A stretch of DNA of 64,000 bases. Source: Enoplolaimus lenunculus (Eukaryota). The notes beneath the pieces are model-generated. The model saw only the letters and a list, made by a program, of their open reading frames with translations. It did no database searches and had not been told where the DNA came from. The DNA is taken from positions 124,001-188,000 of the forward strand of contig JASANG010002214.1 in the NCBI GenBank assembly GCA_030248215.1. Reading direction: 5' to 3'. The position numbers and the translations under genes were made by a program. Within the stretch, counting starts at the first letter, position 1, and every line of letters starts with the position of its first letter. Shown here piece by piece: positions 50,096 to 64,000 of the stretch.

Positions 50096-53000
50096 ATGAA
50101 CTCTGATAGCTCGCAGTTGTACACAAATGATAACGATTATGAGAATGAAGGTGAAAAAACGTTAGATTTGTTAATTGCGAAAAATTTTCGCCTTTGGATG
50201 CTGCTCGGAATTATTATCGGCTTCTTCACAATTATGAGTAAGTGCGTCAGTTTACTATTTTTAAGTTATATATATATTATATATATGTATATATCTATAT
50301 ATCTAAATGAATGAATACTGAAGCAGGAATTGGTAGTTTCAACATTTCAACTGTATGGTAATTGTCAGTCTAGGTAGGAACCGGGACTTCAGACGTTTCT
50401 AACAAGTAGCTGGAAAAGCGGGTAACGTGTGGTTTCGGACTAGCTATCTTCTGTCTGTCAGGTAAACGCTGTTACCACTGTGCCATGTAGCCAGCCTGTC
50501 AAACTGCTTTTATCGTCGACTATGTGTCGACCGTATGCTGCCGGCAAGCGTACTTTACAATGTGCATTGCATATATTGCATATGCGCTAGGACGAGCATG
50601 TCTGACATGCTTACACAAATTAAAACATATATATTATATACGTACTTCCGTGAGGCTGAAAGGACCCGTCCGCATTATTGATGATAAACACTCCGGAATA
50701 ATTAGCGTGTTCCACATTTGCAGCCTAAAGAAAAATAAACACAGTTAGCTTACCTACTGTATGATTACAGTAATCTCCAATGATATCTCGGTATAGACAT
50801 GGACTAATATTTACGCGTATTCCGGGACAGTCCTCTTTTCGCAGGCCCATTATATCTTGCAACAGAACAGATTATAGGCACTAGTGTAATGTTCGCTGCA
50901 GGCCCGTATCCAGGTCACATTGTTAGGAGGGGCTAAAAATTTTCAGGAAGAGCATGCCAGGTTTTCGTTGGCTTACTGGCAAAATTGAAAATTTTTTAGG
51001 GGCCCAAATGGTTTCAGGAGGGGGCTGAGCCCCTCCCCTTGTCCACATACCCGTTTCGATGTCTACGGGATAAAAAACTAAACCCAGGCATAAAAAAGTA
51101 ACCGATTGTTTTTCTGCAGATTGCAAAGTAAGCTTAACCTTTAGACTATTTTTTCTCACGCTTACGTTTGAAAATATACTTACATTACTGTTTTACGGCC
51201 CTGTTCTTTACATTGGTCAGAAACTAGAACGTGTTCGTGCACTAAAAGTGTGGTAGTAGAATCCGATAGAAAAATGACAAAAAACATGTCAAAAGTACCA
51301 CGGTTTGAATATTTTATAATGTTTCAGCAATTATCGTTTGCTGCGTGATGAAATTTCGCATTCCACGAACCAAACGCGAAATTGAAATAATGAGTCAAAA
51401 GCGAAAATTTCGAAACCGAACAAGCTCATGGGTCAAGCGGCACATTGGAAAAGGTACCTACCGTAATACCTAAATGTATTAATTCTAAGAGTATACATAC
51501 AAAGCGATAAATCGTCCGGTAGACACGTAATGTCATACCTGACTTTGGGCGACAAGTCGAGTGTCGGGATCGACGAGTTGGTACAAGTTATCGGGTGAAA
51601 AGTTGCCGTGATATACACGATTTTGGTCATTATGGGTCATCCACGTTAAAATGCAAGCACATTTGTAAAAAAAATGTCCCTCCCTTTTGGGTGCCCACGT
51701 TGTCCTTTCCCACTCTCTATATACACTGTCTGAGATGTCAATATGTCATTGACTGAACCTTCAGACAATGAATATGCTCTAGGCCTAAATATATATTTGT
51801 CCTGACATCATTATCGGGAACTGTTATTGTCCATACTCCCTCAGAACGGGCTCAATTTTTTACGTTGAATAATGCGTGTGAATATGTGTGCACAGCGTGT
51901 CTTTTTAAATGTGTGCGCGTGTGCTAACGTAATGTCCTGACATCCTACAGACAACATGTATTTATCCTCCCTTCCGACGGAGTCTAGACAATTAACGCTA
52001 TGTTACTACAGCTATGAAACTGTACCTTGCCTCCAGCTAGAATGTGTACTTTGACGCTGTTCCTAATGGGGTGGGTGGAACATTTATTACATCGGCGCGT
52101 GCATTTTAACGTGGCTGACCCATTATTGATTGACGTTTCATGTTTTAAGCATTTTCTATTTTCTTATTTCTGTCAGCGCAATAAGACTTACAATAAATGA
52201 CGCTTTGTGATAGTTTTAACGCTTAATCCTAGAATATGTTTAGCAAAACTGTTCATGTTTATATACAAGAAGCAAACTGATGGGACAAGTATAAATTCAT
52301 ACATATTAGAATCCAGGGTGAAAATAATTCGAGAAATGGGTCTGTGAGCTTCTGAGAGTCCAGGGCTCAAATCGTAGCCTATGAAATAGGATCTTTTACG
52401 AAACAGAAATACTCATGTGAAAAAAGACTACCTAAACCGTGCCGGAAGAAAGCTATTCAAAGAACTACTGCAAAATTTACAAAACTCATTACAGTGAGAG
52501 TCCAGGGCTCAAATCGTAGCCTATGAAATCTTTTACGAAACAGAAATACTCATGTGAAAAAAGACTACCTAAACCGTGCCGGAAGAAAGCTATTCAAAGA
52601 ACTACTGCAAAATTTACAAAACTCATTACAGTGAGAGTCCAGGGCTCAAATCGTAGCCTATGAAATCTTTTACGAAACAGAAATACTCATGTGAAAAAAG
52701 ACTACCTAAACCGTGCCGGAAGAAAGCTATTCAAAGAACTACTGCAAAATTTACAAAACTCATTACAGTGAGAGTCCAGGGCTCAAATCGTAGCCTATGA
52801 AATCTTTTACGAAACAGAAATACTCATGTGAAAAAAGACTACCTAAACCGTGCCGGAAGAAAGCTATTCAAAGAACTACTGCAAAATTTACAAAACTCAT
52901 TACAGTGAGAGTCCAGGGCTCAAATCGTAGCCTATGAAATAGGATCTTTTACGAAACAGAAATACTCATGTGAAAAAAGACTACCTAAACCGTGCCGGAA

Positions 53001-54206
53001 GAAAGCTATTCAAAGAACTACTGCAAAATTTACAAAACTCATTACAGTGAGAGTCCAGGGCTCAAATCGTAGCCTATGAAATCTTTTACGAAACAGAAAT
53101 ACTCATGTGAAAAAAGACTACCTAAACCGTGCCGGAAGAAAGCTATTCAAAGAACTACTGCAAAATTTACAAAACTCATTACAGTGAGAGTCCAGGGCTC
53201 AAATCGTATCCTATGAACCAACAACACCAAACAAAAAAATCGTAGCCTATGAAATCTTTTACGAAACAGAAATACTCATGTGAAAAAAGACTACCTAAAC
53301 CGTGCCGGAAGAAAGCTATTCAAAGAACTACTGCAAAATTTACAAAACTCATTACAGTGAGAGTCCAGGGCTCAAATCGTAGCCTATGAAATAGGATCTT
53401 TTACAAAACAGAAATACTCATGTGAAAAAAGACTACCTAAACCGTGCCGGAAGAAAGCTATTCAAAGAACTACTGCAAAATTTACAAAACTCATTACAGT
53501 GAGAGTCCAGGGCTCAAATCGTAGCCTATGAAATAGGATCTTTTACGAAACAGAAATACTCATGTGAAAAAAGACTACCTAAACCGTGCCGGAAGAAAGC
53601 TATTCAAAGAACTACTGCAAAATTTACAAAACTCATTACAGTGAGAGTCCAGGGCTCAAATCGTAGCCTATGAAATCTTTTACGAAACAGAAATACTCAT
53701 GTGAAAAAAGACTACCTAAACCGTGCCGGAAGAAAGCTATTCAAAGAACTACTGCAAAATTTACAAAACTCATTACAGGTACCAGTGATGACCTGGAAGC
53801 TCCGGGCTGTACTCGGCCGTCAGGACGCAAAACCCGGTCGACGCGGAGCCGCGATGACGTCAACAGTGGAACAATGCAGTCGTTGTTACCTCCACGAGCC
53901 GGAGTCGCAGGATCGGCGAGTTCTTCTCGCTCATCGTTACAAGACATGAGTCGGACTGGAACAGATTTGAGTCAAGAAGATGATGACCAACTAGAACCGT
54001 ATTATCAGTCAACTAGTAGCAATCATGCGGCAAGTAAATCTTCGAATAAACGATTCACTGACAAGCCAAGTTCAAAAGCCAACCGCGATGCTGAAATCTC
54101 AACGCCTCGAACAACGTTAGCCAAAGATTCTTCTGAATTTTATACCAAAAATGAGCAACGAAAATATGCAAAATACATCGCAGACGCTGCTGTGACAGCG
54201 GTTTAG
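50096..54206 (+). CDS. tmie: TMIE-like (transmembrane inner ear) single-pass protein, 3 exons, about 231 aa
   Basis: Exons 50096-50237, 51328-51453, 53779-54206 (both introns phase 1). Spliced FRLWMLLGIIIGFFTIMTIIVCCVMKFRIPRTKREIE matches the TMIE signature RLW-TM-CC..xR(I/V)PRTxxEIE. Exon 3 is less certain. Confidence 0.8.
50320..50494 (-). mobile_element. Possible tRNA-derived SINE head
   Basis: Minus strand reads GGCTACATGGCACAGTGGTAACAGCG ... TAGTCCGAAACC (A- and B-box-like). Single copy in this window. Confidence 0.4.
51634..52121. mobile_element. TIR element in TMIE intron 2
   Basis: GGGTCATCCACGTTAAAATGCA ... TGCATTTTAACGTGGCTGACCC. Confidence 0.75.
52353..53778 (+). repeat. 10-copy near-identical tandem array (137/142 bp units) ending at the TMIE exon 3 acceptor
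   Basis: Units start at 52353, 52495, 52632, 52769, 52906, 53048, 53185, 53358, 53500 and 53642; each ends CTCATTACAG. Confidence 0.97.
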
Positions 54207-55190
54207 CCCATTTTCTAAATATATATGCAATGACAGTCACGCCGGAACAGGGGTGTCCGTCTAAAGTAGGGTGCAACCGGATATTCGGCTCCGGCAAAAC
54301 ATCGAGACCCGGCTATGGTATTATGACCTGCCGGATATTTGTTGTGAAAATCTTTTAAAACTTGAATTTTATAATTTATTTTTAATTGCATTTTGCGTTG
54401 CTGTCAAAAATTTATGCATTTAGCTTGTCGATTAGTAACATTATAGTTTCGTTGGTTCAATTTAGTAAACTTCACAACTCAATTACTAAAATCTGTCATA
54501 TTTTTACTGTTATAAAAACCATGTGTAGGTACACGAAATATCTGGCTCAAGCTCCGGCATTTTTTAGTATCCGGTTGAACCGTGATCGACACCCTTAGAA
54601 AAATGTAGGGGTGCAGCTGTCACCCCTAACCAACAAAACGAATGTTTCGTATCTGAAATTAAAACTTTAAATATAGCAAAAGCCATGGTTTTTCGCCATA
54701 TTATGTTGCATTATGTTTTTAAACTACTCTGCTTTTCATATGGCTTTTGGTGCCTATCAAATAAACTGTAACTTAACAATAAGTTACTCATCGGTCTAAT
54801 TGAGATCTAAAATTTGCATCGATTTTTACCTAACAACGTTTAGGTGCTCGCTTGTTTCGTTTTGTCACAATTTTCGACGTCTTAACCTGACAGTTTCCTC
54901 AAAAAACACAAAAACATTTTATTGAAGTGGTCAAAACTAGCGAATTCATAATATATTTTACACACCTATTTTGATCAAACATTGCATTGATTATGGTATA
55001 GGCAAAAGTTTCCGACCTCCCGCCTCTATAGTTTCCAACTACGGTACGTCGTTCGGTTTGCAAATTTTGGCCAATGTTTTCGGGTTTTCTCGCAGTCAGG
55101 TTCACACTACAACTTTGTAAAATTTTTTTGTACGAATACAAAAGACCAAAAGTGCCCGTTTTAGCAGTTGTAGTCGGCTGTCGTAACACT

Positions 55191-56870
55191 GACCCATGTA
55201 CAGAACCGGTTCCTCCCAAAATCTGCGGATATTAACCGGGAAATACGGATATTACCCAGGAAGCTGGCATTTATTCCAAAGTTGCGATGCGCGCAAAAGT
55301 TTCCGCTCGGGAAATTTTAATATACCGGGGAAATTGGGATTCTATGCCGTGAAATTGTGACTCTGAAGCGCAACGTTTTTCGCACGGAATTTTGGGAAAT
55401 TTGGATATTACACGGGAAACTGGTAAGTGTTTTAACCGAAAATTGTTATTTTGGAGGCAACACTTTTCGCTCGTGATTTTGGGAAATTTATACACACATG
55501 TATATAATATATATATTATATATATCAGGGTTCCAACAGGAACTAAGTTTTGCCGGAACAGGAATTGAATTATTTTGCAGGAACCGGACCAGGAACCGGA
55601 ATTTGAAATAATTTTCATCATCGAATTACTGTTGGACTTTTCAGAAAACTTTGCCAAAAAACGGCTTAAACCAATTTTGATCTGTTTTCTGCGAAATTAC
55701 AACAGAAACAGCTTATTAAAAGAAATTGAAGTAATTGGAAAAACACTCATGTCGAAATAATTTTTTAAAGACAAAGTTTCCAAAGTTTAAATGATTGGGC
55801 ATCATTTGCGACAAAACCGTATAAATTCCGGTTCCTGCAGCTTTAAATGCAGGAACAGGGATTGAATTTTTGCAGGAATTCCGGTTCAACCCTGATATAT
55901 ATACTGGCTTCTCCACAGCTTGAAAATTTCCGCCGGGGGCGTTTGCTGGGGGGCCCCAGGAGTTTCCTGGGGGGCAGCTAATTTTGCTGGGGGGCAGTTT
56001 TCCTGGGGCCCCCCAGATGATCTGGGGGGTCCTGGGTGGGGGCAGGCTTACAATTTTGCAAGCCGACTTTTTGAACCATTTTTTTTATTCTAGATCGTGT
56101 TTCCAACTCAACTGAAGATTACTCATCGCTCAACATGACAAAAATTCCCCGCAAACGCTAATAACAATAATTTTAACTAATATTACTGACAACTTTACCA
56201 GAAGTTGAAAGAAGCACAATTATATAAAATATAGATAATCTATAATTGAAACTGTGATTAACATATATTTTATATATTAGTCACAGTTTCAGTTTATCAT
56301 AAAGCTCAGGCGGCTTGAACTTGTTGCTGCAAGGTACTTTCGAATGCTGTATGCCCTGAAACGGTCTTTATATAATTGTGCTTTTTTTCAGTTCATTATT
56401 GAATTGTACTAGTTACTACCGGTATTTGTAACGCTATTAAAAAATTATGAGTACTCAGCGTAATATAAAATCACATTTTGCCGAATGTCCGCCTCAAAAA
56501 AAGTCCAGGTCTTTATGTTTTAGCATTGAAACTTTTTGGCTTAGAAAAGTCCTGGGGCCCCCAGCAAAAAAATTTGCTGGGGGGCATTTCGCTGGGAGGC
56601 GGCCGAAAATTCGCCAGGGGGCCTTTCCTGTGGGCGGCAAAATTTTCGCCGGGGGAAAATGAAAATTTCGAAAAGTGCAGAAGCCAGATATATGTATGTA
56701 TATATTTACCTGGGAAATTTGGATTTTGGGAGATTCGGATATTACCATGAAAATTGGCATTCTGCCCCGAAATTGCGGTGCGCGCACTCGTTATTTGGAT
56801 ATTACTCGTGATGTTGCTAATTTGGGAACTGGGATGTCACCCGGGAAACTTGGGATTAAAAATTTACCGC
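55191..56870 (+). mobile_element. Second G-rich-satellite Merlin-like element, split by nested insertions (55526-55894 and 55903-56688)
   Basis: Left end GACCCATGTACAGAACCGGTTCCTCCCAAAA matches 47915. GGGAAATT/GGATATTACC motifs resume after 56700. No clear right TIR. Confidence 0.65.
55903..56688. mobile_element. CTGGCTTCT-TIR element with G/C runs
   Basis: ACTGGCTTCTCCAC ... GTGCAGAAGCCAG; a shorter inverted copy lies at 60693-61174. Confidence 0.75.
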
Positions 56871-56997
56871 TGAAATAAAATATGCGAAACCAAGTGAAAG
56901 ATAAGTGTTTATACAAAAATCGCAAAATACAAAGCATACAATTCAAAAATATTGGAACCCGGTTTTCGGTTCCATAGGGAGGTCATGGTAATGAATA

Positions 56998-59206
56998 TCA
57001 TAACGTTTCAGCATACATTTGTTCCCAGTTGCGGCTATCATTAGTAGGCTCAGAAAAGGCTGTCTTCATCATGTTAGTTATGTTTCGTTGTTCATCAAAT
57101 CCGAAACAGTACCCGTTTGCTTTATCAACACTGTGCAGCACAGATTGTATGCTTTCCGGCTTCTAAAACAAGCTTGAATTATTACCAGCTAAGCCTTAAT
57201 ACCAAGAATTACAACAGGTTCCTACAAGAATTCGTAACTTCATACATATGCAAAATTACTCTTCATACATATGCAAAATTACTAATAATAAATCCGAAAC
57301 AGTATATCCATACTGAACTGTCATCGAAATCAAAACTAAAAGCTTTTCCATAGCATGGAAAACAATAACCGTTGTAATATGTCTCTGATTAGAATATCCG
57401 TTTACACCCTGCTTTTGGTATTATGTTTAATCATCCTGAATATATAGTAGGATATAAACTAACGTAAATGTCAAGCAGCTGATAGGACACTAAGCTGTAA
57501 TCTTCTACCACTCCACATATTGCTTCAGTAAGCTTCGAAAAGCGCTTCAAAAATGGATCTATCTGTAAAATTGAAGCAAACATCGAAATGTAACTTGTAA
57601 ATACTTCAGCAAAAATGTATACACCACCTGGAGTTTTCCAAATGAAAGGGAGGGCAACAACATCCGAGCTTTTCCACTCGAAGACATTCTCCCACATTTT
57701 TCCACACAGTTCAAAATACAATAATTATTCACAGTTTCCAGATTTTTCAAGCATAAATTACGCAGCAAACGAACATCCCCAGATTGAGTTTTAAAATTTC
57801 AACAACAGAATAGGAAGAAAACAGATACTGCAAAGTTTTTAAAACATAATCTTAGTTGGAAAGCATCAGCTTTTCAGCATTTTTCAGAATTTCTTAGAAT
57901 GTTTTTGTTTTACATCTTACAAAAGTTGTTGAAAATAAAGAGAGGGTAGCCCCAAAATAAACGAATGTACCGTAACATACTGATATTTTTCGATATTGAT
58001 TTCCGGTGTATAATTCATTTATATTCATACCTTTAAAGCATCGACCAAATACCGGAGATCAAGGACATCTGTGTAATAGTCCAAACTAAATGGTAACGAA
58101 CCATACTTTGCAATCAAATCTGCTTTAGACAGCACGTTTACATGAGGCATTTCTAGACGAACCATCGACGATAACGAATTGAGCATGACTGATACAAACT
58201 TGGCCGGATCACAGCAATAAAATGAATCAGTCAGATTCACTACAGCAAGACCGTAACCAGCTTTCTATAAACATACAACGCGATAAACGGTACAATCATC
58301 GGAGTGTAGTTAATGTTAAATATTATGTATAATTTCAAATAACCACGAGGATAACAGACTAAAAGTGCTTCTGCCCAACATTAAACTCGGCAACAACTAA
58401 GGCACCATGCTTCTAGAAATCATTGTTTTTACTGCTGAACATTTACAGAAATACTTGGTTAAAAGACAATACTTTTAAAGAAGTTGTAAGTTAAGCAACC
58501 CAGGTTCAGCTGAAACTAAATTCTACACCACCAATGCAGGTATTTCTTTGTACTGACCTGCAACTTATGCAGTAGGTTTCGTACAGATGGAGCATGCGTG
58601 TACAGTTCTACTTGGCCCGGAAAATCAAATATAAAATATGGTCGCGTGTTTTGCTGCACAATGTCATTTAATTTATCCAATAGCCATTGTCCATTTGCAT
58701 CTAAAAATTCCATGCAGTACACAAGCCCACCGTTCGGGCCCAAGTGAAAATGTTTTGCAACGTCATTCACTGATATGAGATCCTAAAACAAGAAATTAAC
58801 AAACGTTTAACAAAATGAGTACCAAACAATGCCAGAAGTACTCAAATGCATAAATCAATAAAGTTGTGTCGCTTAGACAAAAGCTATGTAGCTATGTGCT
58901 GTATCTTTTCAATGATAAATACGTACACGACTAACGCTAGAACCGAATGTCTTAAAGCTTAGCAGCATAACAGGTCTCTGGAAATACAATTAAACAATAT
59001 ACAAACAATAACACGAATTTATGATAGCGTTTACACACTGATATATTAATATCACAGTTGTACGGCATTGTTTCATTTGCAGGATCCAAATTCACGACAA
59101 ATACTTCCCGTTTCATGCTCCTACAGAGTCGGCTCATCACATTACAGTATGTTGATTTTCCGGATCCAGGCGGACCAATAACAACTTGTCCAAACGCAAG
59201 GGGCAT
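56998..59206 (-). CDS. GPN2: GPN-loop GTPase 2, 5 exons
   Basis: Exons 59206-59039, 58782-58558, 58264-58031, 57562-57464, 57162-56998. Motifs [67 protein letters not shown]. Confidence 0.95.
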
Positions 59207-60246
59207 TTAATACATATGTGCACCGTTCATGTACATAAAAATAAAATCTTTAAAAAGTATACAAGCGGCCTACATAAATGCCTTGTCATCTTAAGTCAGA
59301 ACAAGTTACTTGTTACAAAAGTTAAGTATATGCTAAACCTACCGCTTTAGAAAGTTTCCTGACAGTTCATATAGTTAACCACAAAAACATTTCCAGAGAG
59401 ATAGTATGAACGTAAAGCAATTGTAGGTTGCGTTTAGACATTATTGCAGAAGTCCCTCGTTTGCGGTTTCAAAATTTAAAGCTTTTCGAATACAAGGTAT
59501 TGTTAAGAATTTTATACATTAAACTAAAGTTTTATATAGCTGTTGATGATACTAGCTAAGTATATTCCTGTATTAAAGATGCAGGTCAATGCTCATGGAA
59601 TTAAGATAAATTTATAATGAAAATAAGCGGCCTTATCAACACCGAAAACTTTAGTATAAAGGAGAAATTTAATACTTAAGTATAATGAGAGCAGACGATT
59701 TGTGCCTCAAGTAAGCAATTTTCGCTTTATTTTAAATTATTACTTTGGACGTCTGGCTAGGTGTGGCAATATATCAGCTGAGGCCAGCTATATCCATAAT
59801 ACTAAACCTGAACAGACCCAAAAACTATCTAAAGTAATCAAAAATTCACGATACTATACTTGTTTTGTTGATATATAGCGTTTAAGGATATTATTCACTT
59901 TTAAAATTTCTTTGGTTCTTGGAATGTACTCGTTACGTTGCAATCATAGCTAGGTTATATTTAATTCTCACTGCCATTTTTGTCTTCTGCGTGGTAGGTG
60001 AGAAAGCGTTGGACCTGAACTGTTTTATAGGAGAAGTGATGCATGCGCATAATGCTAGCAAGTATTGCTATCTCTATATGATTACGAAGTTCGTCAAATT
60101 TGATTAGAAAAATGTCGTGAGTTCCTAATAATTTTGTTCAGTCATCTGCTTCAGTATATTTTTGGCGTTATGCTAATTTAAATTTGTTCAATTTGTTATT
60201 CGGTCTTTTCTCTGGTGAGAATTGAGAAAAGCGAAGCGGTGTTACA

Positions 60247-63598
<3,352 letters not shown>

Positions 63599-64000
63599 TA
63601 ATTATTTGGAACTGTTCAACACTGGTGTAGTTACAAAAAATGTCGGCGGACGACCTGCTTATATTTTAATATTTTATATTTATTATGGAATAACTTTGAT
63701 GGGGGTTGGAACATTTTTAAATGTAATGCAGATTCGCGGAGAATGTCCGTAAGTCCTTTACCTGGCGAGCCCCTACCTTTGAATCATTATTGCGACCTTC
63801 TGAACACTGTAGGATCAGTTTCTGCCACCGTTGTAGTAGCGAAAAAGGACGAGGTTGGATCTCCGCGCATGTTGTTTTGGATAGGTCATGTGGTGTCATT
63901 TTATATTCAACGTGCACAATAAGCGGATTCCTATTACATTCGTTGATTTTAAAATATGAGTTTTCGCTATTTTTAGCAATCATTGTTAGGAAATGTTCGC

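Noticed and set aside
52353..53778. CRISPR array
   Set aside because: Units are identical end to end with no unique spacers, there are no cas genes, and the context is a eukaryotic intron.
53670..53778. N-terminus of ORF 53670-54206 (MKSFTKQKY..) as a real start
   Set aside because: It comes from the repeat unit. The phase-1 acceptor at 53778 better explains the frame as TMIE exon 3.

Overview
Eukaryotic, intron-rich and very repeat-rich DNA, most likely a nematode (inference from the abundant TTAGGC repeat and TTTCAG-like acceptors). I reconstructed seven protein-coding genes by hand from GT-AG junctions: an intronless 855-aa orphan with about 16 TM helices (528-3095); a 10-exon Rh-type ammonium transporter (7233-20344, -); a 2-exon orphan secreted Cys-rich protein (26142-27674, -); a 4-exon divergent GPCR-like gene (36201-42674); a 3-exon TMIE-like gene (50096-54206); GPN2 (56998-59206, -); and the 5' part of a PAR-1/MARK kinase (60247 to beyond 63595). 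Introns and intergenic DNA are full of non-autonomous DNA transposons, often nested. Most notable: (i) a GG..CC-terminated, 8-bp-TSD (Merlin-like) MITE family spreading telomeric TTAGGC tracts at about 20 or more sites, plus a longer relative carrying a different G-rich satellite; (ii) a near-perfect 10-copy array that multiplies the last splice acceptor of the TMIE gene; (iii) an apparent 4 x 4-TM concatemer membrane protein; (iv) a TTAA-flanked piggyBac-like MITE carrying a tRNA-Gly-like Pol III cassette. No database searches were possible; family calls rest on recognised motifs.
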